Both the position numbers and the translations under genes were made by a program. A stretch of DNA of 64,000 nt, taken from the NCBI GenBank assembly GCA_964188305.1, contig OZ076892.1; one strand, written 5' to 3'. This document shows positions 10,579 to 23,229 of this stretch, piece by piece. The notes beneath the pieces are model-generated. The model saw only the letters and a program-made list of their open reading frames with translations, made no database searches and had not been told where the DNA came from. This DNA comes from Podarcis bocagei (Eukaryota). Each line of letters starts with the position of its first letter. Position 1 is the first letter of the stretch.

Positions 10579-11791
10579 CTTTACTTGACCATAGGTTTGT
10601 TTGCTGTTGTTTTGTTAGTGGTCTGCAATTCGACAAGCCATGGCTTCACACTGTGGTTTGTTCCCAGAAAGCAATGCGAGGTTAGTCTGCTTGGCTGGGT
10701 TCAGACATTCAAACAAACCATGGTTCAGCTTGGGCTAAATAAACCGTGGATTAGTGTTAGGCACAAAGCAGGCCACCGTATTGCTCATGTTCTCCTTTTA
10801 CCTTGCCTTCCCATCAGCATGGCCAACCTTGCCTCACTCCAAGGTTGTTCTTGCTCTCTGACAGGAGCCAAATCTGCAGCAGGAAAACCCATTGCAGCAT
10901 ATCTAAATAGCTCATTCCATCCCATTTGCTGCTACGTATCAACTGGGCACTGTCCTCAAAGAGGGATTCAATCTGCATTAAATATTCAGCATGAGACTGT
11001 GCCCTCCTGCAAAACTGCCGCCAACAAGGACCTTTGTCCCTCCCAAATGGATTTGGCTCATGTCTGGGATGCACAGAGCGACTGTCCAGAAACAGCTGGG
11101 CTGTTGTAAAAGGTTGACATGGTTGCTGCAGCACCAGAGCAGACAATTAGGGTGGGATAAGGGAGGAATCAGTCAGCAGGTAAGATGGAAAACAAACAGT
11201 AAATTAAATCTGACAGCTCCCTGGAAGCAGTCTGTCTAAAGGCAGTTTGGATCGGCATTTCCAGACTTCTGAACCACACTCTTTATCTGATTTAAAATCA
11301 GAGGCATGTTTCTTGTTACTTCCCAAGAGGTTTAGTTTTAGAGTGTGTTAAGGGCTAGCTGGTCGTAAACAAGACCGGGCCCTGGGTTTGTGCATGATTT
11401 GCTTGCTTGAGTGTGTCACGTATTTAGAATAACACAATCCCAGAGCAGTGCTTCAAGCAGGGATGCAACAGGCAGACAGATGTCTCTGAGAGTGGGCAAA
11501 GAGTGCATCTGTCTCAGAAGTGACCATATGCTCCAGTCACACACGGTGCAAAGACGAGACAGAATGACCAGTCATGGAAGGGCTGAATGGAAGGGGGCAA
11601 ACCAGACTGCTGAAGTATACTGTGACACAGCATGCAGACTCTTTTGTGGGGGGGGTACTTTGGGCTCATTCATCCCTTCCCCTCTGAGTCCATGATCTGC
11701 TTTCCCTCAGAATTTTATGGATCCGCCTTAATACATATGCAAAGAATACACTGTCTAGCATGTGGAAATGGCGATATGCCTCATGACTTAC

Positions 11792-11856
11792 TCTCTATTG
11801 GTTCTTGGAGAAGTGGGTGCAAGAGGGCTCGTGGGGTCCCATGATACAAACTGAGC
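11792..11856 (-). CDS. NPHP4: NPHP4 coding exon 4: (G)LSLYHGTPRALLHPLLQEPIE(M)
   Basis: Acceptor ctttttctctccag|G, donor GAGA|gtaagt; 65 nt, phase 2-1. LYHGTPRALLHPLLQ is identical to recalled human NPHP4. Confidence 0.96.
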
Positions 11857-11914
11857 CTGGAGAGAAAAAGGAGACAGAACATGATACAGAGGGTTGGTGT
11901 CATCTTTTGTCCCA

Positions 11915-12266
11915 GTAAAGGTAAAGGGACCCCTGACCATTAGGTCCAGTCGTGACCGACTCTGGGGTTGCGGCGCTCATCTCGCTTTATTGGCCGAGGG
12001 AGCCGGCGTACAGCTTCCGGGTCATGTGGCCAGCATGACTAAGCTGCTTCTGGCAAACCAGAGCAGTGCACGGAAACGCCGTTTACCTTCCCGCCGGAGC
12101 GGTACCCATTTATCTACTTGCACTTTGACGTGCTTTCAAACTGCTAGATTGGCAGGAGCAGGGACCAAGCAATGGGAGCTCACCCCGTCACGGGGATTCG
12201 AACCACCGGCCTTCTGATCAGCAAGCCTTAGGCTCCGTGGTTTAACCCACAGCGCCACCCCTGCCC
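11915..12266 (-). mobile_element. Sauria-type SINE
   Basis: Near-identical to the 2419 copy; TSD ttttgtcccagt. Confidence 0.92.
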
Positions 12267-12339
12267 AGTTTTTGTCCCAGTGCAGAGTAGTACATCGTCC
12301 CAATGCAGAGTAGTAAATAAAAACCAGAAACTCTCTTTA

Positions 12340-12452
12340 ACCTGCAGCCCTCCAAATATTGTTGGGACTTTAATTCCCATCATCCCTGACCACTGGCCAC
12401 ACTGGTCAGTTGTTAAAGTCCAACAACATTTGGAGGGCTGCAGGTTCCCCAA
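12340..12452. mobile_element. Short palindromic MITE (representative; similar copies at about 5010-5075, 5190-5300, 22550-22800, 34160-34250, 44270-44340, 45620-45740)
   Basis: aacctgcagccctccaaat...atttggagggctgcaggtt inverted arms around cccatcatccctgaccactggc. Confidence 0.65.
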
Positions 12453-12561
12453 CTAGGTCTACACAAACACAGCTCTAGGCTTAACAACCAGCTAATCCTG
12501 TGTGAACAGCCCTAAAGACACAGAAATCTGCCTCTGCTATTACAAAAGTTTATCCATTTAC

Positions 12562-12734
12562 CCTTTGTCCTTCAAGTTCAGGTTTGTTGGCTCAGATCTG
12601 CTGTTAAACAAATGTACGATCCCAAAACCACACGACATCTCCTGCGGGGTCCCGTCCCGCCTCCTGGCTGTTGCTACGACCTCCACCACCAAAACGATGC
12701 TGGGATAATCCAAAGATGTGTGGAAATAAACAGT
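12562..12734 (-). CDS. NPHP4: NPHP4 coding exon 3: TVYFHTSLDYPSIVLVVEVVATARRRDGTPQEMSCGFGIVHLFNSRSEPTNLNLKDK(G)
   Basis: Long pyrimidine tract with ttccag|ACT, donor AAGG|gtaaat; 173 nt, phase 0-2. Matches recalled human [27 protein letters not shown]...SCGFGI (N-terminal C2-like domain). Not shown in the supplied ORF track. Confidence 0.96.
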
Positions 12735-13574
12735 CTGGAAAGGGAGGGCAAGAGGGGAGAGGAGATGAGTTGGGTTATCATAGCAGCTTACAGCTAACTA
12801 AAGCCGATTCCAAACTGTGGTCCCTTGCTGCCTGTATATCTGGAACTTCTTCCAAGGACACAAATATGGTACACAAGAATATAAGAACAGCCTGCTGAAT
12901 CAAGCCTTTCCCCTCCCAGTCTCCCACCCTGGGAGATCTTGATTTCCCCACCTCTCACTCAGGTTTCATACGCCAACTTTCTGCAACTTTCATGTGTGTG
13001 CAGCCCCTGGCCCTCAGTGGCAGTCCAGAGTGGGTGCCCACAGTGCTGGGTCCATATCAGTCATGGCATTAGCAGTAGCCAAGGGGGGGAGGGAGTGAAA
13101 ATGAACAACCAACTACCCCTGGCAGGGCCAGCCCAAGCCATTTTGCCACTTAAGGCAAAACAGAAAAGGGCAGGGGAGCCTGCCTATCACTGCCTCCTCC
13201 TCTGCCTGAGGTGACTAGAAGCCACAGCATGCTGAATAATAACAAGAATAAAATTTTATTTATATCCCACCCTCCCCAGCCAAAGCCAGGCTCAGAGCGG
13301 CTAACAACAGTAAAGTAATACAGCATTCTAAAATCAATTCATTATAAAATCAGTTATAATCAGTGAAGGGGGTGGGGCTGGGGAAAAAAGAATCTGGAGA
13401 GCAGCAAGTGACATTAGCCGCCATGGGCAGCAAGCACAGGAGGCAGTGAGCAGTATGCTCCTGGGGGAGGCTGGATTTGCTGTCCCTCCCAGTCATCCCC
13501 AGCCTGCCACCCAAGGCAACTGCCTCACCAAGGCTAATGGGTGGGCCAACCCTGACCCCTGTCAAAAGGGAATC

Positions 13575-14420
13575 AATCCATTTTATGGCATATAGCCAAA
13601 GGCCTTTACAATAGACGACAGAGAATAAAAGGAAATTTCATCTAAAATCATACAACGTAACCTCGTAGTAGTTTACAACACAAAAAGAAATATAAAACAT
13701 TAAGACTTAAGACTGGAGTGCATTCACATAGCTGGGATGGAGCTTCTTGGCTGCCAGCGCAAATGTGGCTACCTGGTGGGTAATGTACCGATGTTTATCT
13801 GTTCAGCTGTCACTTCCTGTATGGATCAACCTGGAAGCCAATTGGCGATATAAATTTTCCTCTGGGTGTTGTATACGGGGGGGGGGGGGACAAATCAGCA
13901 GGTAGTGTGTGATGTCCTCTACCTGATTACATCCATGTATAAATTTGCGATCCATATGGGGAATTCCCTGGTAGCTCCTCTCCAAATATGCCAAAGGCAT
14001 CTGTTGAAATTTTAGTTCTAGAAAGGCCCTGTGTAGTTGTGCGAAGGCCAGAGTCTCAAGGTAATGGTGCCATGAGTGATTGGTCTTAATTTGGAGGTAC
14101 CAAGTAGAGTAACGGGCAGCAATCATGCATGCTCTGTCTTGGTTGGAATCCTGATCAAATATCCAATTTCTAAGGTCACGTGGGCTAAGGGCTAAGTAGT
14201 TCTCCATTTGGAGATCAGAAACCCTAATATTATCTTGGCACATTTGCACAATCTCAAGATTCCAAAAAGCAGCAACGCTTACTGAGGGTATGATCCTCGA
14301 AGGCATTTAGCCTGTGCCAGTTCCCGTCAAAGGGAATCACTTCTGGACCACTCCCAAACCTTGTCCAGTAGCCTCTCCTTAGACCAGCATGACTTGGAAA
14401 GCCTGGGTGCAATCCCTGGC
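13575..14420 (-). mobile_element. Degenerate non-LTR retrotransposon ORF 3' end (RTE-X-like; clade uncertain)
   Basis: Peptide YLETL....HRAFLELKFQQMPLAYLE.SY.GIP..DR....GC.QVEDITHYLLIC resembles the C-terminal zinc-finger region of LINE ORF2. Confidence 0.6.
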
Positions 14421-16623
14421 AGGTGTGTGATTGAAGAGCAGGTTAATCCTTCTATTAGAGAGTCATTATCCAAGTGTCACAGGCAAAACATTTGCTGTAA
14501 TCACAGACTGTCAGGGAAGGATAACGGAGGGAGGCATTAAAGCATCAGTCCGCAGAAATAAATCGTTATTCTATTATCTTTTATTGCAAAATGATGGAAA
14601 AAATTGTCAGCAACCGTTGACAAGCGGACCGGCAAGGCAGAGTTATGTGCAGGTTCCTGAAGAATTGGGTACCTCTCTCAAAGTGGGTATCCGTTGCGTC
14701 GCTAAGCCTATTGCTGTCTCCAGAAGTGCCAATATTGGTCTTCCTAGTCTTATTGCCTCCTTTCCTGAATGGGGCTACCACAATGGCTGGTCAAAGCCAC
14801 CAGGGTTACACCGGGGTGAAGATTTGGGAGAGAAATTGGCAGAGCTCCCTTCCGAACAAGAATGCAATACGGGCTACGTTAAATGTCTTGTTGCATTTGA
14901 CATTAACTGGGTGATTGAAGAAGAAAGGGCCACTGTTCCTCACCCACCTCCATGGTTTCAGCCAAAATCAGGCCTTCCTTCCACAAATTGCAGCCTCGAG
15001 GTGGGGCATCTTCATGAGGCCCATGACAGGGAAGAGTTAAAAAGCCCTGCCCATGTGACATTTTACTTATTATGTGCTTGCCTAGCTTTATGTAATGGAA
15101 GCAGGATTACTTGCATGCAGCATATTTCACATGCCTAATTGTCGACAGGGGGGATCCACTGGGCATCCAGGAACTTGGACAACTCTCTCTGTTTGCCATT
15201 AAGAAGACAAGCATTAAGAGACGGTTCCCCTGCACAGGCAGCTCTCTCTGAAAGGTTTGAATGCAGCTTCCCAGGAAGGTAAACGAGGGAAATGTAATTA
15301 TTTGCAATGGCACCTTGGCAAACCTCTCCACACAAGTGCTCCCCCATTATCATCAGGGGAAAATAATAATTGAATAATCACAGTGATATGAAGCTGTTCA
15401 TTAGCCGGAATGGAACGGCTGGGGGAGAATGGCAAACGGGGCTCAGCAAATTATCCACGCAGGAACCGTGTTTGTGACAGATGAGACGATGTTCTCCTGC
15501 CCTCTTTGGAGCGGCTTATCAGGATTTGACAGTTATTCTCTGTGACGGAATAAACAACTTTCTAAACCATTAACATGTGCTGCATTCCAATCCCTGGAAT
15601 ACCCTCAATGCAAAAAAAACAAAAACAAAAAACAAACCTGGATTTTTCTGTTGCTGTTGATACTGTTTAGCAGAACAATTTTACCGGCTCCTTTGGATCG
15701 CACTGCCATTATTGTGGGAAAGGAGGGTCACAAAAAGGTCTTGAGACTCTTCAAATGGCAAAAGGATGGAGAATGTGAGTCAAAGGCAAAGGAACCTGGT
15801 AGCCAGCTGAAGCAGGTGTCCGAGTTGCTCAGACTAGCAGGGAAATCTGTCCTGGAAGCAAGGGTCTCAGAGCCACAAGTGGCATGCCCTCGCCCCCCTG
15901 TGAGGTCATGCTGGCATCGCTGAAAGCGTTAGTGGCCACCTCTGTATGATTAAGAATGAGAATGGCAGGAAAGTGGTTTTCAATTCACTCATAAGACTGC
16001 AAATGCAACAAGTAAGACGTGGACCTCACTGGGCATGATACCATCCTTGATTGAAAGAACAAAAACGCTGAATTGCTATCCAAGCATAATTCATTCCTGC
16101 CCAAAGAGAAGCCCACAGAGACCAGCCTGAATTTGTCCTCGATCCGCCCTCATCACCTCTTCCTCCTTCCACTGCTGCCCTCATCCTGACACTTGTTCCT
16201 CCTTGCTTCTCCCCTCCCTTCGTTGACTCCCCACCAGCCAAAATGGAGACTGGAAGATCCTCAAGTTGAAAATTGTTGTTTGTTTATATTACTAAACTAA
16301 ACAAACAAAAACGGTCCTTAAAGTAAGAAGCACTCGCTGTTGCTTCTCTGGCCTTCAGGGAAGCGTCTCTTTGCATGCTCAGAAACAATGCATGATTCTG
16401 ACAGGTGAATGCTACCACATAAGGCTGTTTCTGAAGCAGTCCTGGCTCCTCCCATATCTGCCATACTGGCTGTGCTGAGCAGGCCTTAAAACAACAGTCC
16501 AAGAGCTTTCCTAGCAGGGCTGACTTTCCAGGAGCCCAAGTAATCACATGGTTTTTCTGCTTTAGACACACTCTTTGCCACAATTCTACTTTTGGATCAA
16601 AATTGGCTGAGCAGTCTGGAGAA

Positions 16624-16675
<52 letters not shown>
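16624..16675 (+). repeat. (ATT)n microsatellite (L2 tail)
   Basis: Direct observation. Confidence 0.95.
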
Positions 16676-16677
<2 letters not shown>

Positions 16678-16995
16678 ACCCCACCCATCTGCCTGGGTTT
16701 CCCCAGCCACTCTGGGCAGATTCCAACAAAATATTAAATATTAAAACATCAGTCATTAAAAATTTCCCTAAACAGGGCTGCCTTCAGATGTCTTCTAAAA
16801 GTCAGATAGCTGTTTATTTCCTTGACATCTGATGGGAGGGTGTTCCATAGGGCGGGTGCCACTACCAAGAAGGCCCTCTGGCTGGTTCCCTGTAACTTCA
16901 CTTCTCGCAGTGAGGGAACCGCCAGAAGGCCCTCGGAGCTGGACCTCAGTGTCCGGGCTGAACGGTGGGAGTGGAGACGCTCCTTCAGACACTCC
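16670..16995 (-). mobile_element. L2 LINE 3' fragment with an (AAT)n tail
   Basis: Peptide RTLRSSSEGLLAVP...RAFLVVAPALWNTLP...FRRHLKAALF (L2-clade ORF2 end). Confidence 0.85.
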
Positions 16996-17443
16996 TCCCA
17001 AAAAACAGGAGAATGACACAAATAACTCTGTAAGTTCAACGAAGTATGAAATGTGTGCGGGAAAGCAAAGAGAGCATGGCTTTGGGATACTGAGGAGGCA
17101 ATTTTGAAAAAATGGCTTGGCATATTCAGTGGGAGGGCTGTGTCCCAGGAGCCTCAGTGGACTACCCTCCGCTCACACTAGTCCTGATAAGAAGAAATTA
17201 TTTCTGTGCACCGACATATCACTGTGAAATGTGTTATAGGAATTCTAAGGTCTTAAATATAGAATAAATGTTGATAATTGCACAAGGTAAACACACATAT
17301 AAACCACATGTCTAAAATAGTACAGGAGAGCAATCCAAAAGCCATCTTGGTTCTCCTAAAGACTCTTAGTATTTCCTCTGCCTCTCTAATCCCCCTTGCC
17401 TTATAACACGTAGGCAGATAGCAATCAGGGGAAGTTCCTGAAG

Positions 17444-17914
17444 CAGTGGCGTAGCGTGGGGGGTGCCAGGGGTGCCGACCGCACCGGGCGCAACATCTGG
17501 GGGGGGCGCGAGTCCAGAGGGAAGGGACAAGTTCCTTCCTCCGCCGGGCTCCCCGCCGCCACCGCCAGCCTTGCGCCCTAGCGCGCGCGCCCCCCGCCGT
17601 CGCTGTGGCTGCGCTCCGCTCACTGCTCGCAGGAGGAGCAGCCGCTGCAGCAGCGCCGACGCCGCCACCGACGCCTGGCCGGGCACGGGCAGCCTCTGCA
17701 CCCTGCCGCCGCCGCCATCCCCTCGGCCCAGCCACAGGCGGCGGCTGCTTCTGCCTCCATCCTCCTCCGGGCAAGCAGCGTTGTTTGCGCGGCAGCGCCA
17801 GCGGCAACTCGCAGGTTAGGGGTTGGGGGGCGCAAATTACTTGCCTTGCCCCGGGTTAGGGGGCGCAAATTACTTGCGTTGCCCCGGGTGCTGACAACTC
17901 ACGCTACGCCGCTG
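17444..17914. mobile_element. hAT-type MITE, long form with a CpG-rich internal segment (same family as 733-901)
   Basis: TIRs CAGTGGCGTAGCGTG/CACGCTACGCCGCTG; perfect 8-bp TSD TCCTGAAG at 17436-17443 and 17915-17922. Both ends are homologous to 733-901. Confidence 0.92.
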
Positions 17915-19182
17915 TCCTGAAGGGATTCCTCTCCTATATCTATGAACCTCCTTGGTATTAATTGTCATTGTTTGCCCAGGTGCTCTGCATTGAGGGATCT
18001 CTGATGGGCGTCCTGATTGTCTTATCAAATCTTATCAAATATGCTAATGTTTTGTGTAAACTGTGCCTGGAACTATGCAAAACTTGCTAAATCCTCAGGA
18101 ATATCACACCTTGGCCTGCCTGAGCCACAGTAACCCCACCTTGTACAAGATGTAATTTCTGACTGTTTGTAGCAGGGATGTGCTTTTTCTCTACACCAAA
18201 ATGCAAACCCTTAAAAGAGATGTTGGTTCTGGGTCTCTCTTGTCTCTTTGCGGGGGGGGGGGGGGGACTCTGTTGCAACAGAAAAATAAAGATCTGCCTT
18301 GCTTTCACTGCATCCTGACTCTATCCATTCATCTCTGACTGATCATGAACTTAGAGAGGACTCAGTCCCTTGGGGAGTTGGGCAGCACAAGTCAACCACC
18401 CCTATTTTTCCTATATCAAATGTGATGAGCGTTTTGAGCACCTGATTGGCCCACTGCATCCATTCGCCACTGGAGGAGAGAGAGAAATGGTAAAATGAAC
18501 CATAATCCTAAAGTCCCCTGGAATTGTGCTTTACAAATACTAAAACGCAACAGTGCATTTAAAGAAAGAAAGGCAATCCACTTAATGGGATCATCGGGGG
18601 GGGGGGGAGACACAGGGCTACTCAGAGCAAGGTCTAGTGGTGCCAAGTTTAAGACAACACAGAATAAAGTTACTGGGGAGGGACACCCCATCACCCTCAG
18701 CTGCTCCTACCATCCCTGAATTGGTTGGATATGCTTGCTGACCTTGCGTCATTCCTGGAGCAAGAGCACCATCTGCTGCCTGATCTCAAGCATGACAAGT
18801 AGTGAGAATTTTTATTTTTAAATTTTTTAAAAATCTATTCCATCATTTACTAGACTGGGGGATGAGGGTAGAGCAGACAGATAGAATGGAGGCACAATAC
18901 CGAGTCGTATTTACAAAGCCCTGAACAACTTATGTGCAGGGTAACTCAGGGAATTTGTCTAACCCTCTTTTAAAGCTATCAAAATGTGTAGCCTCTTGCA
19001 GGAGAGAATTCCACCAAGTTACACTCAAGAGAAATCCCAGTTCTGTTCAAACCCTTCATTCCGGAGAGGAGCAGGGAAAGAGTATAATTTTACAGCTAAG
19101 GTTACTAGAAATGGGGAAAGAAGAAAGGCAGGACATCCAGGAGAATATTGAGAGACCTATAAGTGATATGGGGTGGGGGAAA

Positions 19183-19530
19183 GACACCATGGTGTAGTGG
19201 GTAGTGTTTTGGGAATAGGATGTAGGAGACCACGGTTCAGATTTCCATTCGGCTATGAAGCTCACTGGGTGACTTTGGGACAGTCACTGGCTCTCATCTT
19301 AACCTACCTCACAGGTTATTATTATTATTATTATACTCTGCCCATCTGACTGGGCTGTCCCAGCCACTCTGGCTGACTTCCAACATAATAAAAACATAGC
19401 AAACATCAAACATTAAAAAGTTCTCGATACAGGTAGGTTGTGGGGATTAAATGAGGAGGGAGAACCATGTACACCACCTTGAGCTCCTTCGAGAAAAAGG
19501 CGTGATAGAAATGCAATAAATACATAAACT
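19183..19530 (+). mobile_element. Older MIR/Squam3-like SINE split by a short L2 3' fragment (about 19316-19432)
   Basis: tggtgtagtgg ... gggtgactttgggacagtcac ... acctcacagg | L2 tail | gttgtggggattaaatgagg ... aataaata. Confidence 0.6.
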
Positions 19531-21795
19531 ACCAGGGAAGGAGCATGAGCTCAGGGACTCCAGCAGAGTCCAAGGCTGTGATCTAGCCAAGTCTGGTTGT
19601 GCCCCACCCTCCACTTGAGCTGCTGAGAGGAATAGATCACACCACTCTGCCCCCTGTGGTTGGCATGGCCATAGAATCACAGATGCATGAAGCCTCAGGA
19701 TCATAGGATCCTAGCTTGCTGTATCTGTGATCATTCAGGCTCCAGCATCTAACCTCAAGCGACTCCTAAGAGATCACCAGCCCTTTAAGCAAAAGAACAT
19801 AAAGGGGCATCCTAAATCAATGGGTTGGAGCAACTGCTCTATGAGGAAAGGTTATAGCATCTGAGGGTTTTTTCACTTGTTTCCAGAAAGTGCAGATCAG
19901 GGTTCCTGTCATAATAATAATAAGAATAATAATTTTTATTTATATCTCGCCCTCCCCAGTCAAAGCCAGGCTCAGAGCAGCTAACAGCAATAAAAGTAAC
20001 ACAGCATTCTAAAATCAATATTCTAAAATCAATTCAAAATCAAATGGCAACCACTGGGTCAGAGTTCTACAAGGGTCACCAAAGGAGGGGGTCAGACTGT
20101 GCCTTGGCCAAAGGCCTGGTGGAACAGCTCTGTCTTGCAGGCGCTGCGGAAAGATGTCAAGTCCCGCAGGGCCCTAGTCTCTTGTGACAGAGCGTTCCAC
20201 CAGATCGGGGCCACAGCCAAAAAAGCCCTGGCTCTGGCTGAGGCCAGCTCAACAATATGGATGATATTCCACAACATAAATCAACAATAGGGATGATATT
20301 CCACAGAACAAGGGCAGGCACACTAAAAGCCCTGCTCTGAGTTACTGCAGAATGGGCTTCTCAGACCTCTGGAACTTGGAAGAGAAGCTCTCCTGCAGAC
20401 AAAAGATGCTGGACTAGGCAGGCCATTGGTCTGATCCAGAAGGGCTCTTTTTACATTCTTATGGGATTGCACATGATCTCCTGCTGACTTCAGGGTGAGG
20501 TTCCTGGCAACCACAAACTGTTGGTTGGCTAGCAAGGCCAGCCAACGTTTTGCTGACCTCTACCTATAGTCACTGATAACACCCGGGTTCCAGGTCTGAT
20601 AAGAATCCCCCCTTGCCTGCATGTTATTTGGTTGCCGGGCATGCAGCTAGGTCTGAGATGAGGCTGGGGACTGGAGTAGGGGCTGCGTCCTTCATCAAGA
20701 CACTAGCAGCTTCCTAAAGCAGTAGATGTGGGGGGAAATTCACTTATAAAACCCCTAGTGGGAAAGGCGTTCGCCTTCCTCTCCATTTGAGCATTCCGAC
20801 AATACCTCCAACACATGCACTGGCAGAGCAGATCAGGAGAAGAAAGCACACAAAATGACTGCAAGAGGTCGCAAAAGAGACCAGCATACAATTTTTAACA
20901 CCTCAAGCAACCAGGTGCCAGGATCTTTCCAGCCCCAACATAATACGATTCCAACGTGGTGGAGGAGGAGACTAAGGGGGCAGAGAATCTCTGGTCCCAG
21001 TTTCAGAAACCAAGAAGCCGAGAGGTATGTATTATGTTTATTAAGCTATTAATAAAAGTGTAAGGGAAGAACTTTTTTTCCACTGTGACATCAATACCAC
21101 CCACCAGATTACAATTACAGTTAAGGGGAGATATTGCAATGGCAGGTGCCTGCATGATTTACAGCGGGAGACCCATTCCTAACCTCGCGTCCCAGACACG
21201 TACCTATCTTTCTAGTTCATTATGATTATTAATAATTGATACTGGCAAAGTATTGTTTGCAACCTGTAACACAGTCCTTGCTGAAATCCTGGGGCACGTT
21301 GGCGATCTAAACTTCCACAGGTCCCTGAGGCATCAGCAGGAACCTCTGTACATGCAGTGGAACCACCATCACATGGATAAAAGAAGCAGGACCCATGTAT
21401 GAACAGACTGAACCCGTCTTTGGGGCTGAGGTACCAACTTTTTTGAAAGAGCAAAGCCGTGAGCTACTACTGAGCCCTCACCAGGATATCAGGACTCTCA
21501 GCTCTTCAACCCTGTCCTGTTACCTTGTCAGAAAGTACAATGGAGGTAGATTTTCCTGCCCTGCCTTCCCTGATCCCAGCTTTCCACCCATCCTCTCTAA
21601 GGGAAAACAGAGGCCCTTAAAAGCAGCTCAAATTAGCGTCACGTCTATTATGGTATAAGCATGAACTCCTCACCCTACTGCAGAAATAATGAGTCGCCTG
21701 CAGGCTTTTGAACCACCCTGTGGATTTGGGCCAATTCTACTTCACCACCCTGTGCACCCCAATTTCAGCCATCACTCAAAACATCTCTTCCTTAC

Positions 21796-21948
21796 CTCGT
21801 GGAAGACCACAGCAGGGGGATGTCCCAGCCCAGCTTTAAGGGGCTTCGTGGCACTCCTCCAGGTCTTCCCAAAGAAATGGTGGTAGGTGACATCAAAGAA
21901 GGAAAGGCGCAGCTGGAATTCCACGTCCGACATTTCGTCCAATGCTCT
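21796..21948 (-). CDS. NPHP4: NPHP4 coding exon 2: RALDEMSDVEFQLRLSFFDVTYHHFFGKTWRSATKPLKAGLGHPPAVVFHE
   Basis: Acceptor ctggcag|AGA, donor GAG|gtaagg; 153 nt, phase 0-0. Matches recalled human LRVSFFDVTYRHFFGRTW. Confidence 0.96.
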
Positions 21949-22883
21949 CTGCCAGTGGTAGACCAAAGCAAACCATGAGAATGTAAGAAGAACCAAATGG
22001 ATCAGGCCGGTGGCCCATATAGACCAATATCCTTTTATCACTGTGGCCAACCAGATGCCAATTATGGGATGCCTGCAAGCAGGACCTGAGCACAAGAGCA
22101 CCCTCCTTTCCTGTGGTTTCCAGGGAAACGGGAAGCTGGGCTGGATAAGTCTTTGGTCTAGTTGACAAGGATTCTTATTAAGTTCTTAAACACGGAGAGT
22201 GCAGCACCAGGAAATTTCATTGCCTCTCTAAAGGCATGGGTCCAGAGGAGGTGGCCCTTCCAGCAACATGCAGAATGCAGGGTTCATCTACAAGTTCTCA
22301 GATTACAAATGGAATTTGCAGCAAACTGTTAAAAACTTAAGAGGAGCCTCCTGGATCAGGCCAATGGGTCATCAAACCATGCATCCTGTTCTTACAGTGT
22401 TGCCTCTGACTATGGAGGCAGAACACAGTTGTCAAGGCCAGTAGCCGTGAGCTGATTAGCATGGTCTGTCCATCAGAACAGAGGAGGGCCTATCCTAAGG
22501 AGAACGGGAACTATTTGCACCTGTTTTAACAAATCTTCTTGCTCTAGTTCAGGTTCCCCAAACTTGGGTCTCCAGCTGGTTTTGGACTAAATTCCCGTCA
22601 TCCCTAGCTAGCACAACTAGCAGTCAGGGATGATGGGAATTGTGGTCCAAAAACAGCTGGAGACCAAGCTTGGGAAAACTGCAAAGTTACTTCTTCCCCA
22701 ACCTGCTGTCCTCCTGCCAGCCCCATTTATTACAGTCAGATATCAGGGATGATGGGAGTTGTGATCCAAAATATTTGGTGTGCCCCAGGCCAGAAAAGGC
22801 TTGCGTAAACTAACTGGTATATGAGATATGCCTACTCAGAAGGGTAGGATGAAATGAATTTGGTAGAACTTACTCCAAAGTAA

Positions 22884-23229
22884 GGGACGCGGGTGGCGCT
22901 GTGGATTAAACCACAGAGCCTAGGGCTTGCCGATCAGAAGTTCAGCGGTTCGAATACCCGCGACAGGGTGAGCTCCTGTTGATCAGTCCCTGCTCCTGCC
23001 AACCTAGCAGTTCAAAAGCACGTCAAAGTGCAAGTAGATAAATAGGTACCGCTCCGGCAGAAAGGTAGGCGTTTCCGTGCACTGCTCTGGTTTGCCAGAA
23101 GTGGCTTAGTCATGCTGGCCACATGACCCGGAAGCTGTACGCCGGCTCCCTTGGCCAATAAAGCGAGATGCGCACCGCAACCCCAGAGTCGTCCGCGACT
23201 GGACCTAATGGTCAGGGGTCCCTTTACCT
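22884..23229 (+). mobile_element. Sauria-type SINE, full length
   Basis: gggacgcgggtggcgctgtgg head to cctttacc tail; TSD tactccaa(a/g)gtaa. Confidence 0.92.

Noticed and set aside
10066-10685. Stacked ORFs in several frames (also at 17253-17868, 31470-32450 and 56906-57519)
   Set aside because: They lie inside TIR/TSD-bounded GC-rich elements, have no transposase motifs, and are open because stops are scarce.
14431-15138. 235-aa plus-strand ORF
   Set aside because: It starts at TTG, is antisense within an NPHP4 intron, and has no recognisable domain or promoter; it is more likely a chance ORF over non-coding sequence.
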